Source of the DNA: Felis catus
Taxonomy: Eukaryota
Reading direction: 5' to 3'
Length of the DNA stretch: 64,000 nt
Assembly: GCF_018350175.1 (NCBI RefSeq)
Contig: NC_058368.1
Span: forward strand, 17,982,001 to 18,046,000
The position numbers and the translations under genes are program-made. The first letter of the stretch is position 1, and every line of letters begins with the position of its first letter. Under the pieces are notes generated by a model. The model made no database searches. It worked only from the letters and a program-made list of their open reading frames with translations, and had not been told where the DNA came from. Below, piece by piece: positions 49,601 to 61,600 of the stretch.

Positions 49601-52600
49601 GCCCAGAGCCTGACGCGGGGCTCGAACTCACGGACCGCGAGATCGTGACCTGGCTGAAGTCGGACGCTTAACCGACTGCGCCACCCAGGCGCCCCACTTC
49701 CATATTTTTTAATGCTATTGAAGGCACTACTATACATATATATTTTTTAAGTTTTTAGGTTTATTTATTGATTTTGAGAGAGAGGTCAGGGAGCACGAGT
49801 GGGGGAGGGGTAGAGAGAGGGAGAAAGAGATTCCCAAGCAAGTATTGCATAGTGTGGAGCGGGACGCAGGGCTCAAACCCTGGAACCTTGAGATTATGAC
49901 CTGAGCCGAAGTTGGATGCTTAACCAGCTGAGCCACACAGGCACCCCATGTATTTTTTTATCTCTTGTGAAGGCCCACCAGCCAAATTTCTTTCTAGAAT
50001 CAGAGAAACAATCTCTGGTGAACGTTTATATTTCTTTTTGAGGTATAGTATGTTAAAGTAGAAAGAATGTAGGCTTTGAAGACGAAAACCTGAATTCTAA
50101 TCTAAATTTTGGGTAAGAGTTCGTTAGATTTTTAATTTTGAGCAAGTTGCTTCTTAACTTCAGCCTCAGTTTTCACATCTGAAAAAAGGGAATAGCTGAT
50201 TAGGTGATTTACACAGGAGCTGAACACATTGCCTGGTAATCCGTCAAGGGACGCTATCCTTCTCTCCTCTTCCAGAGCTTTTATTGGACAAAGCTATCAG
50301 CACATCTTGTGTCTACATTGGCTTTGATGGCTGGGAAGCTTAGGTTATAGTTTTCCTCAGCTATGTTATTTACTTTCTTATCCTTCCTTACTATTTCTTA
50401 CTATTTTATCTTTTAATAGTTTTAATTGTATTTTAATTGTGCTATTTGTTATAAACCACTTTAATTCAGGTTTTGCAGTTTGTAACAAAAATACAAGACT
50501 TTATTTTGCATAAACATACATATAAAAATATATTACAGAAACATATTTGTTCGGGCAGGAAAGCTTAGAGACCTCTTTTCTTCTTTCTTATTCTCATTTG
50601 TATGTATAAAATTCAGAGGAAAAAAAAACTAAAATCAGCTACAACTTTACTACACAGGCATAACCACTGTTAACGTTTTGGTATATTTCCTCCCAGTGTG
50701 ATCATACGTGTGTAGTTCTGTTTTACTTTGTTCACTTATATTTTGTGTTCACTTTTGGGGTGCCTAGGTGGCTCAGTTGGTTAAGCGTCCAACTCTTGGT
50801 TTCAGCTCAGGTCATGATCTCACTGTTCGTGAGTTCAAGCTCCCTGGGCTCTGCACTGACAGCTTGGAGCCTGCTTAGGATTCTCTCTCTCCCCCTCTGT
50901 CCGCCCCTGCTTGTGTGTGTGCGTTTTCTCTGTCCTCTCTCTCTCAAAAATAAATATATAAACTTGAAAACAAATTTATGTTCATTTTTCTATGTCTTTT
51001 ACTTAGAAAAACCATGCTTTTTAATGGTGAAATTATATTTCATCTTGTGAATGAACCAACACGTATGTTAAACATTCTTATATCACTGAATATTAGTATT
51101 GTTTCCAATACTAAAAATAATGGTTTGGCATGTGTTTTTAAATCATTATGTGCAGTTCAGATTATTTCCTTAGAATGTACTAAGGAAATAATGTATATTG
51201 CCTAAATTGCTCTCCAAAAGGGTTATACCAATTTCCATATTTGTCGGCAATAAATGAGAATGTCTCTTTTATTAAACCTTTGCCAATAGTAGGTATTGTC
51301 ATGAAAAACTTTGGCAATTTCATAGATGAACAGTAGCATCATACTCCTAATTTATATTTTATTGAATGTTGTTGGTGGGTGAGTCAGCTTTTTTTTTTCA
51401 TTTTGTCTTGCCATTTATATTTTTTAATCCTTTTTTTCTTTTGTATCTTTTGGCCATTTTTAAAATCTTTTTCTTATTATTTTGAAATTATTTGGTGAAA
51501 GTGAATCTAGAAGGTAGAGTTAAAATATGGCAGAGGCAGATTTTCAGGAAAAGAAAAAGAAGGCACCATAAGATTCATAAATCATGTTCTGAGAATGCTT
51601 GAAGGAATCATTATTAGGATTAATTAGTCTGTTTATTTTAAATATTTAAGTAATTTATGAATACATGTCCTGAAAATTCATTTATGGGTGTGTATATATT
51701 TTGAAAACTCGATGTTGTTGCTCAACATATTTTTTGTGGCTTGCTTTTTGTACCTGAGAAATGCTTTATAGATCATTTTGTGTTAATAGGTCCAGATCTA
51801 TCTCATATTTTTTATCTGCTGCACATTATTTCACAGTATGTATTTGCTGTGTTTATTTACGTATTATATAACATATAATACATCTCCAAGTGATTATAGT
51901 GATTACATGAACACATCTCAAAGAGACTGTAATTTATAATAGCCATTTATATGTTTTATATTAACATTTATTTCATATGATTTTATTTAGATATTAAAAA
52001 CTCTCCAGAACATACCATATTTCAGTTGTGATGTAAGATGAAGGCAAAGTCTGATATGTATCTTTTGTCACGCCAGACCCTGGCTTAGGGCTTTTATATA
52101 TTGTAGGTCCCTGTTAGTGTTCTTAGATTGCACAGATACTCCCAAACCAAGTGATTGGACTATATGAGAGTAACTTTCTATCAGAAAGGTTGTGCAGTTT
52201 TACCTGGGAAGAATATATAGGGTGAAAGCAAAGAGTAATATGATTTTTAAAATATATTACAGTGTATTTCATCATTACTTTAAAAGTTGTCATCTTGCGA
52301 TAGATACCAAACCCTTGTTTTAGCAATATGACCATTAAACATATTTTTGGACCAAATCTTTTGTAGAGATAGAGCCTCTGGCTTAAAGTCTTTTTATTTC
52401 ATGGCTTTTATGTCTGTGTGTATGTGTGTGTGTGTATACATACATACTAGTCAAAACTACTATCTGGAATGAAATTTAATGATTAAGAAGTATGATCAAG
52501 ATAGGTAATACTAGATTTGGTTAAAGCAAAAGTAAATTATAAACTAAAGAAATTTGTTTCCTTTGTGCCCAGTAAATTGACTCTAGAGATAGATCTGAAA

Positions 52601-55600
52601 GAAGCTCTGGAAAGGTTTCAGTAAAAATGATTAATCTAAATCTCGAGGAATTTTATGAATTCTTATAATTATTTTAAATCCTGTGTGGTAACGATTGGAG
52701 CTTTAACACTATAAAACAAAACCCGATAAAGTAACTTTTTGGTATCCATAAGATGATTAAGGGCGTATGCCATTCATCTGTGTAGATTTAATTACACTAT
52801 TTACATTATCATTTGAGATCATCAGAATGTTACTGCCACCTAGAGGACTTTTCCTTTCTAACTTGCTATATTATTTCAGAGCATTTGACTTTGACTTTAG
52901 AACCCCAAGCGTACCAACAAAACAAATATGGCAGATGCATTGTACTGTCTGCACATAGAATGTTGATGTTTATTTTGTCCACTCTCATTTGAGTATTATT
53001 AAGTTGTGAAATATCACTGCCTTGTGAATACTGCTGGTGAAACCCAATTTTATGTGTATATCTTTAAATCTAAGATGGAAAAGCCAGGAATGGTGAATTT
53101 CTGCTCAGGAGGACTTAGCCTTTAGACGGGGATGCGGCCCGGGCCTTCAGGTCACATTCCAAATAAGAGTGTGCCTTTCCTTAATTGTCAACCTGGTCTA
53201 CATAGGTTGCATTCACATGATGTAACTGAAGACTCTTGTATTACCATAGTATGCAGAAAAAGTGTGAAGGCAAAAGTGGAGTGCTCTATGGATTTATGAG
53301 GAATTGGTAAATGAGTTCTTCTGTTTCTAATCGAAAGTTAAAAAATAAAAAACCTGACTTTTGGTTGCTGTGCACTTCATGTGAAAACTTCAGAGGCTTA
53401 GGACTTTTTAGTGATTGAAAAGAAATTAGTTGAAAACGGGCATATTTTTCTCCTGTAAGACAACGTTGTTACTACCAGATGAACAATTCAGGTACATGTA
53501 AGTGGCTGAGAATTTGTTACGCAAGGACCATTTGTAAACTTATTTCTTCTTTTGCATGATGGTTAACTCGTTTTACTGTGTGTAGGTATCTGAGGTAGAA
53601 CAATATAGGTAATTCTGTCACCTACCCGCCGGACGAGCATCTAATGTTTGAGGCAGAAATGAGGCTTTCAAAGATACTGAGACTCTTTCACATGGGTTTT
53701 AAGAAGTTATTATGTCAGAGATGTAGCTTGTCTTAAAGCTATGCAAATTCATAGCATGCTTGATTTTTTTTTTTTTATTGCTTGGTTGTTTTTTATTATT
53801 ATTATAGTCAAAGACTAGAAATACGAGCACAAGTCGCAGATGCCTTCTTATCCAAGTTCCAGCTGACTTCTGATGAGATGGGTCTCCTCCGAGGTACCAG
53901 AGAAGGACCTATAACCGAGGTATGTTGCTTTCTTATAATCATTTAAAGCATAGCAGGTAATGATTTATAGATAAGTCACTTGTTTTAAGGCTTTATTTTC
54001 CCATCACAAAAGTTTTATTTAAAATATTTTTTTAAGTTTAGAAACTAAGATACATATTTTAAATTACCTTAATTTGGTTTTTTTTTGTGTGTGTGTGTAT
54101 TTTTTTCAAAGCAATATGTATAATTTTTTATTTGAGAAATCGAAGAGTATCAATTTTTTAAAAAAATCTTCATCACCTTTTCCACTCCTTCCTGTCAACC
54201 ATTGTCCATTGTCAACCATTTTCAACCTTATTAATTGCTTCTTTTCTAAATTCTGTATCCTGGATCCGTAGATTTAAAAAAAAAAAAAAAAAGGTTTGGT
54301 TTTCTATGTTTCCTATTTTCTGTTGGTTTCGAGTCATGAAATATGAGATTTTAGCCTCTTAACCCTGCCTTCTCCTGCACACATACAGGTTCTCTTTCCT
54401 TCCTACCTCACAGTACAGTTTTATGACATTTTCCCTTTTCGTTACTGTAGCATTGAAGTGATTACACGTTTCTTCCTTTGTAACTTTTTGTCTTTCCTGG
54501 AATTTGAAATTCCGTATCTTTTCACCAAATTAGCTTCTGAATCGATGCCCTTCTTTCCAAACTGACACACAACTCTAAAACCTCTCAAAGTGCCAATTAA
54601 CTGGGTAGACTTTTGTTTCTTTGTTTTTTCCTGAAGACATTCACTGTCTCCAGAAAGGAATCTTTCAGTTTCCTAACTGGGAGGAGCTATACACCTAAGA
54701 CACTTGTCATCCCTCTAGGGTCTGAGGGCAGGAAGAGTTCTCAAAGGGTGGGTGCGACGTACTGGGCTGCTCTCCAGAGGTGTCACCGCTTCTTACTGCC
54801 AGGCTAGAGTGGACCCAGTCATCTAGGAGTAAGGAGTTAAGTAGGTCGAGAATGGGTTTGTACTTTCCTTATTGGTGTTTATTGCCCTTGTAGATTGTGG
54901 AACTTTGCACATATGAAATATTTGGCATCTGACCTTTTCTCCACTTGGCAGAAATTGTCAACAGTATTGGAGGAGATTTTTTTTTTTAATTGCATTCATC
55001 AAAGAAAAATAACTCATTCATTATTTTCATGATTGGAACACCATGACTGTATGGAAACGAAGGCTTCAATGCCTCTTTCTAAAAGGCAAAAAAATCTTGG
55101 AGTTCAGCATCAGTCAGCTCCTCTATTATCTACGAGCAGCTTTTACGTATCCAGCTTTACATTCTGCTCTTGGATTAGGGGGCAAGAACAGGTATATAAA
55201 AGCTAATGTAAAACATCGTCTTCAGTGATAACAAAGCTATGCTTACTTATAAAGTCATAAGGTATGTCATATGTAGCATGTTTTCCTTTATGTAGTAATC
55301 TTCAGGGGTGCCTTCTCTATTACTAGACTATGCATTTCTTGAGGGACAGCAGTTGTCTTTATAAATTTTGTGTTCCTGGCAACTAACATACTATTTGGCA
55401 CGTAGTCGACATTGAATTAACATATGTTTTAAATGTAAGTATCTGTTGCACTCCAATAAAAATTTAGAGAAAATTGTGGTCAGTATAGGAGCACTTCATC
55501 AGAGTAAGTGAAAGAATTTGTTTTTCCCTTGTAGTGACATTTCAATTTAGAGTAATGTAATTTCACCAGAAAACCTGGACATTTTAAAGTTGCGTTTTTA

Positions 55601-58600
55601 ATTTTAAAGGATTTTTTCAAGGCACTGGGAAGAGTAAAACAGATTCATAATGATGTTAAAGTTCTCTTACGTACAAACCAACAAACAGCAGGGTGAGTGA
55701 ACTTTTCACTTCATAATTGCATTTCCTCTTACATCTCGCAAATTTTAAAGACATTCTAGGTTCTTTCTGAAATTATATGACATATTATGAAATAGGAATT
55801 TAATTTCTATGTATCTTTGGATAAGGAGGGAGTTATACCCTGATACATTTAGAATAAAACAGTACTTGGATACCTAAGTGATGCTATTAAAATTTGACAA
55901 CATTTATTTAATTATAAAAAAGTTATCAAAAAATCCTTCCATAAAATGATAAAAAGTTATATGCTTTAACCAAAATGTGCTGTAATTAAGCAAAGTAATT
56001 AAGTTTTTAGATGTAACTATTGTTTAAAACTTTAAATTAAAGTAAATCTTTAATTTTCTTAGTTTAGAAATTATGGAACAGATGGCCTTGCTTCAAGAAA
56101 CAGCTTATGAAAGACTTTATCGATGGGCTCAAAGTAAGTGATTTCTTTCATGTGGTCTAGATTTATAAATATTAGTTTTCAATTTAGTTATTTCATCTGA
56201 CCTTTGAGATCATATTTGGGTCTTAGTAATCAGAAAGTATTTTTAAAAAGAAAAATGTGGGGGTGCCTGTGTGGCTCAGTGGTTAAGTGTCTGACTCTTG
56301 ATTTCAGCTCAGGTCATGATCTCACAGTTCAGAGTTCGAGCTTCATATCACGCTGCACTCAAAGCCTGCTTGGGATTCTCTTTCTTTCTCTCTGTCTCTT
56401 TCAAAAATAAAGAAACTTAAAAAAAAGGGAAAGAAAAATGAGTTTTACTTTTGAACATATTGTGTTTGTGTTTGTATCACGAGTATTTGCCATCATTCAA
56501 GCTCTATGTTTTTTATGTAATAAAAAAAAAAGGTCATTATTTCTAAAGTCATTAAGTAATTGTTTTATACGTGGTGAATTGCTATTCTATTGTTGCTGTA
56601 ACAAATCATCACAAACTTAATGGCTTAAAACAACACAAATTATTACCCTATAGTTCTGCAGGTCAGAAATCAGACATGTTTCTCACCACGCTAAAAGTGC
56701 TTAGCACAGCTGCAGTCATTTCTGGAGGCTCTGGGAAGGTTCAGTGTCTGTGCTCATTCAGTTTGTGGGCATAATTTAGTAACTTGAGTCTGTAGGACCA
56801 ACTGAGGTATGTTTCCTTGCTGGCTGTGACTGAGGCCTTTTCCTAGTTCTAGAGGCTGCCTACGGTCTTTTGTTTGTGGCCTCTTCCTCTGTCAGTATTT
56901 TTTGTTTATTTATTTATTATTATGTTTTTAATGTTTATTTTTGAGAGAGAGGAAGACAGATGTGAGTGGGGGCGGGGCAGAGAGAGAGAGAGTGACACAA
57001 TCCGAAGCAGGCTCCAGGCTCTGAGCTGTCAGCACAGAGCCCCATGCGGGGCTAGAACTCACGAACTGCAGGATCATGACCAGAGCCGAAGTTGGACGCT
57101 TAACCGACTGAGCCACCCAGGTGCCCCTACTTATTTACTTTTCTAAAGTTTATTTATTTTGAGAGAGAAAAAGAGAGCGTAAGCGAGTGAGAGAGGAGCA
57201 GAGAGAGGGAGAAGGAGAAAGAGAATCCTAAGCAGGCTCCTCTGTCAGAGCAGAGCCAGACGCAGGACTCGATCTCACGAACCATGAGATCATGACCTGA
57301 GCTGAAACGAAGAGTCGGATGTGTAACCACTGAGCTGCTCCGGTGTCCCATCATAAAATAGTTTTTGATTGGCATAGTCTCTAGGTTTTTCCAAGCATTT
57401 TTTTAATGTAATATCTGCTACAGAATTTAGACTGTGGGTACACAATGGATATAATAAAGACCAAATTTTAATTTAACAGGAGCTGTAATCACACGGTAAC
57501 TGTTTTCCAGGTGAATGCAGAACATTGACGCAGGAATCATGTGACATATCTCCAGTATTAACTCAGGCAATGGAAGCCCTGCAGGATAGACCTGTCTTAT
57601 ATAAGTTGGTGACTTTTTCCTAATTAAAAAAAATAAATGTACTTTTTCTTGGACGATTTATGCTAGCTTTCAGTATTATCAAATTGATATACGATAGTTT
57701 AGTTTCAGTAATAAAATAATTTATTTAAAGTGATGCTCTTACCTGATATGTGTGTTGTTGGGGCATCAGCTCATTTGTGTATTGTGTATTATAGAATGCA
57801 GTTTGGAGGGGAAAAGCAAGGTGTCCCTACGTCTAGACTGCCCCTTATGTATGTAGAGGTAAGGGCTTCCCCATCCTGTCATCTCACTGACTACCTTAGA
57901 ATTGTATGAAGCTAAAACTCCTCTGTCAACCTGGCCCTGGGGAGAAGGGGGTCAGAAATATAACTTCCCCCAAATGAAAAAAGAACATTGAAAATCAAGA
58001 TTCCATTAATAGGATTCAAGAAAAGAAAGAATTCACGTCTTTCATTCTGTAAGTTATGCCAGCTAAGAGATCTATGATGAGGCTTTGGGTAAGAACCCTA
58101 GGCATTATTAATTATTGACATATTTTTTATTACTCTGTATTTTAATTTTACTCTTCTATCTTTCATATAAAACAGAAGTAAATGTTTTTTTTTTTTTAAT
58201 TTCTGCAATAATATGAAAATAGGGACACCAAGTGGGGAGTTATGCAGGAAACAAAACCAGGGAACGTGTACAGAGGCATTCAGTCTTGCTCTGAGTCATG
58301 ACTTTCAGAGGCTTGTAATAGTTTTAGAGGATTTCCCCATTACTGTGCTTTCTGATTGGAACGTTGCTTAGCCTATAATAAGTTTCCAGAACACAAGTGC
58401 TGGGACAGCTGCATGAAATAATAACATTCCAGTACTACTTACTGAGTACTTACTATATGTTAAGCACAGTTCTAAGTACTAGAGACACAGCATCAATAAA
58501 CCTCTACCCTCAAATTGCTTCATTTTATGGGACCAGATATAAACACACCATTTTAATGACTAGATTAATTGCTACTTTAGAGTTCATGTGTCCGTTTTCT

Positions 58601-61600
58601 GTGGTAGGGGAAAGGGATGAACGTTAGGGAAAGTTTCTTCTGGGAAATAGGTTTAAAGTGAGTTCTGAAGGTTAAATAGGCATTTTCCAGGAAGAAAAGG
58701 GAATTGAAAACATCCTAGGTTGAGGGAACAGCAGATGCAAAGATGTAGATTGAGAGAGAACATGGATTTTTGGGAAATTGATTGCAAAATCTTGCACTGG
58801 TTGCTGGGTTGGTAGTAAGAGCTGTACTGTAATAGCGCTGAATGTTGTGCATGGACATATGATTAATTAATGTTCACTACTGATCATCAGCTTAGCAGGT
58901 TATAGTTGTACCTTGAAATTTCTTTCCCAGCCTTGGCACTTTAAGATATTGGTGTTTGATTAGGAGAGTCTTCTAGTACTGAAAATATTTGGTATTTGAT
59001 TTTAATAAAATGTTACATTGTCCACAGATTCATATTTGTTCACAAGGTTAATCTCTGTTTAAAAAAATTCCTTTGTGTGTTTTGGTCAGCCTACTTCTAT
59101 CACGTAAATATATATTTAGTAAGTTTTGATTCTTTTTTTTTGTTTCAATGTTTATTTTTATTTTGAGAGAGAAAGAGAGAGCGAGTAGGGAAGGGGCAGA
59201 GAAAGAGGGAGAGAGAATCCTAAGCAGGCTCCATGCTGACACTGTGGAGCCTGATGCGGGGCTTGATCTTCCAACCATGAGATCACGACCTGGGCTGAAA
59301 TCAAGAGTCGGACATTGAACCGACTGAGCCACCAAGGCGTCCCTAAATTTTGATTCTTGATAAACACTTGGAAACGAGCAGTATTGTATAATAGTTTAGA
59401 AGGCGAGCTCCGAGTTAGATTTTTTGACAAGCCTCTGTACCTTTATAAACCTCAATTTCCTTAAATAAAGATAAAAATAGTGCCTATCTTACAGGGTTTT
59501 TGTGAAGATTTAAGTTAGATTGTTCACATAAGGTGCTTAGAATAATGCTTTGCTCATCACAGAATTTTAGCTATTATTTTTATTTTGAAAGGAGATAAAC
59601 TGGAAAGCTGTCAAATACAGAAGGGTATATTTAGAATCCATTGTTACAGCCAGGAAAAAGCTTGAAAGGCAAAGAACAGAACTATAATAGACACGATTTA
59701 TCTTCAAGAGGCACAAGCCAGGGAATAGGGGGGCAATAGTGCAGTTTGGAACATGGTAAGAGGCATTTGGAAGTTAACTTAGGAAGAAGGAAGTTTTAAA
59801 GACCAGTTGATTCCTGTAAGATGAATGCTAAAAGAGAAAGTTGGCCTTTCATTAAGTTATCATTTATTTTCAAGGTGGTGGTTTCTTTAAATTTAGAAAA
59901 AAATTAACAGTGTCTCATGTTAACCACCAGATGGCACTGCGTATGTACTTTAAGTAATGAGTAAAAGCTTTGGTGTCTCGAGCGTGTCTCAAACATGTAG
60001 GTATCATGTGCCAGAAAAACGGTAATTATTGAAGTCCTTGGGAGGCGTTGCCATACCCAGCTTTTATTAGGTAGCTTGTAACTGGAATGCTAATGCATTG
60101 TTAGCTTTTAATAAATCAAGTGTAGCCATTTTTTCATAAAGAAATTTACTATAAGTAGAAATGAATAAATTGATGTCTTCCTTCCTTTGGTAAACCTTCA
60201 GAATATAAGGTGTTAAGGAATGTAGTAATTTGCTGACTTTTATTCATTCTTTATGTATTTGATCCATTTATTAGAGGCTTTTACACTATTCTTTTAATTT
60301 GTTTTGGACCCAGATCTTTCATCTTTTAATTTACTTTTTGACCGGAATTTTTCTTTTTTTTGCTATAGCCCTAGCTGAAAAAATGGGGATTTTAACTTTT
60401 AATTTTAACCAGAGGCATTTTAGGATATTTAAATAATTCTAACATTCACCTTTATAAAGTTTCATTTTGAATACTTTTTTTTTCCATTTTGAATTTTTGA
60501 CCTTTGTTGGGAAATAATCTCTTTCAAGTCAAAGAAATGTTCCTCTCTCTCGGGGAAAAGGTGTTTCACATACATAGATGTCATTGAAGGTTCATTGTAA
60601 CTCATGCTGGTTTTGCTTCAAGTCATGTCTGTTATTAAAGGGAGATTAACATTAATATTAATGTGTACGTATATTTCATATAATTATACGGATCAGAGTC
60701 TAGTGTTTGTCAGGCTTGATAAGTCCCCTCACCCCTATTTAAATTGCCAGTGAATTCACTGGTTTCTAATATAACTTGTGGTCAGAGTGAATAGCCCTAG
60801 AAACAGAAGTTACATTGCTTCTGTTTATTGGGACAGATTGGGTCCTGAGGATGAGGATTCGTTTTACGTATTTGAGAAGTTAAAAGTTTGTGAATTTTGT
60901 GCTGTAAGTAGTCATTTAGTCAGAAGTCATTTCGTAGAATTCGTGATCATTTAAAGGAATGCATTCTTTACACTAAACATATTTATAATCTAAGAGCATG
61001 AGGGGAGAAAAATCAAAGCATTTTGATTCTAATTTGTTTTAAAAAGATAGAAAGTGATCGCAAGGTAATTGTGCACAACAGTATTTATTGCTTGAGAGCC
61101 TTGTGTAAAGAAGCTGAGACAAGCTGCTTATCTTAGAAACTGCATGGATAGTTCGATGTAACCATCAGAAAGAAACACCTCTGGTTCTCCAATAACTTGT
61201 TTCTCCCAGGTATACCTTGGATGAATTTGGAACAGCCAGGAGAAGTACCGTTGTTCGTGGATTTATTGATGCTCTTACGAGAGGGGGCCCGGGAGGCACG
61301 CCAAGACCCATTGAAATGCACTCCCATGACCCCTTGAGGTATAGTAATCAGACAGTGTTGGGATTTTTGAGGCTTTTCTGAAGGAAATCTTTACTCACAT
61401 TCAGTTTCTGCATTAGATACGTGGGAGATATGTTGGCTTGGCTCCATCAGGCGACCGCTTCTGAGAAAGAACACCTTGAAGCTCTCTTAAAGCATGTAAC
61501 TCTACAAGGTGGGTCCTCCAGTTGTTAATTGCTGACATCTAAATAGAGACAATAACACAAGACTTCTCGAAATCTGTCATCTTCACAGAGATAAGCTCTT

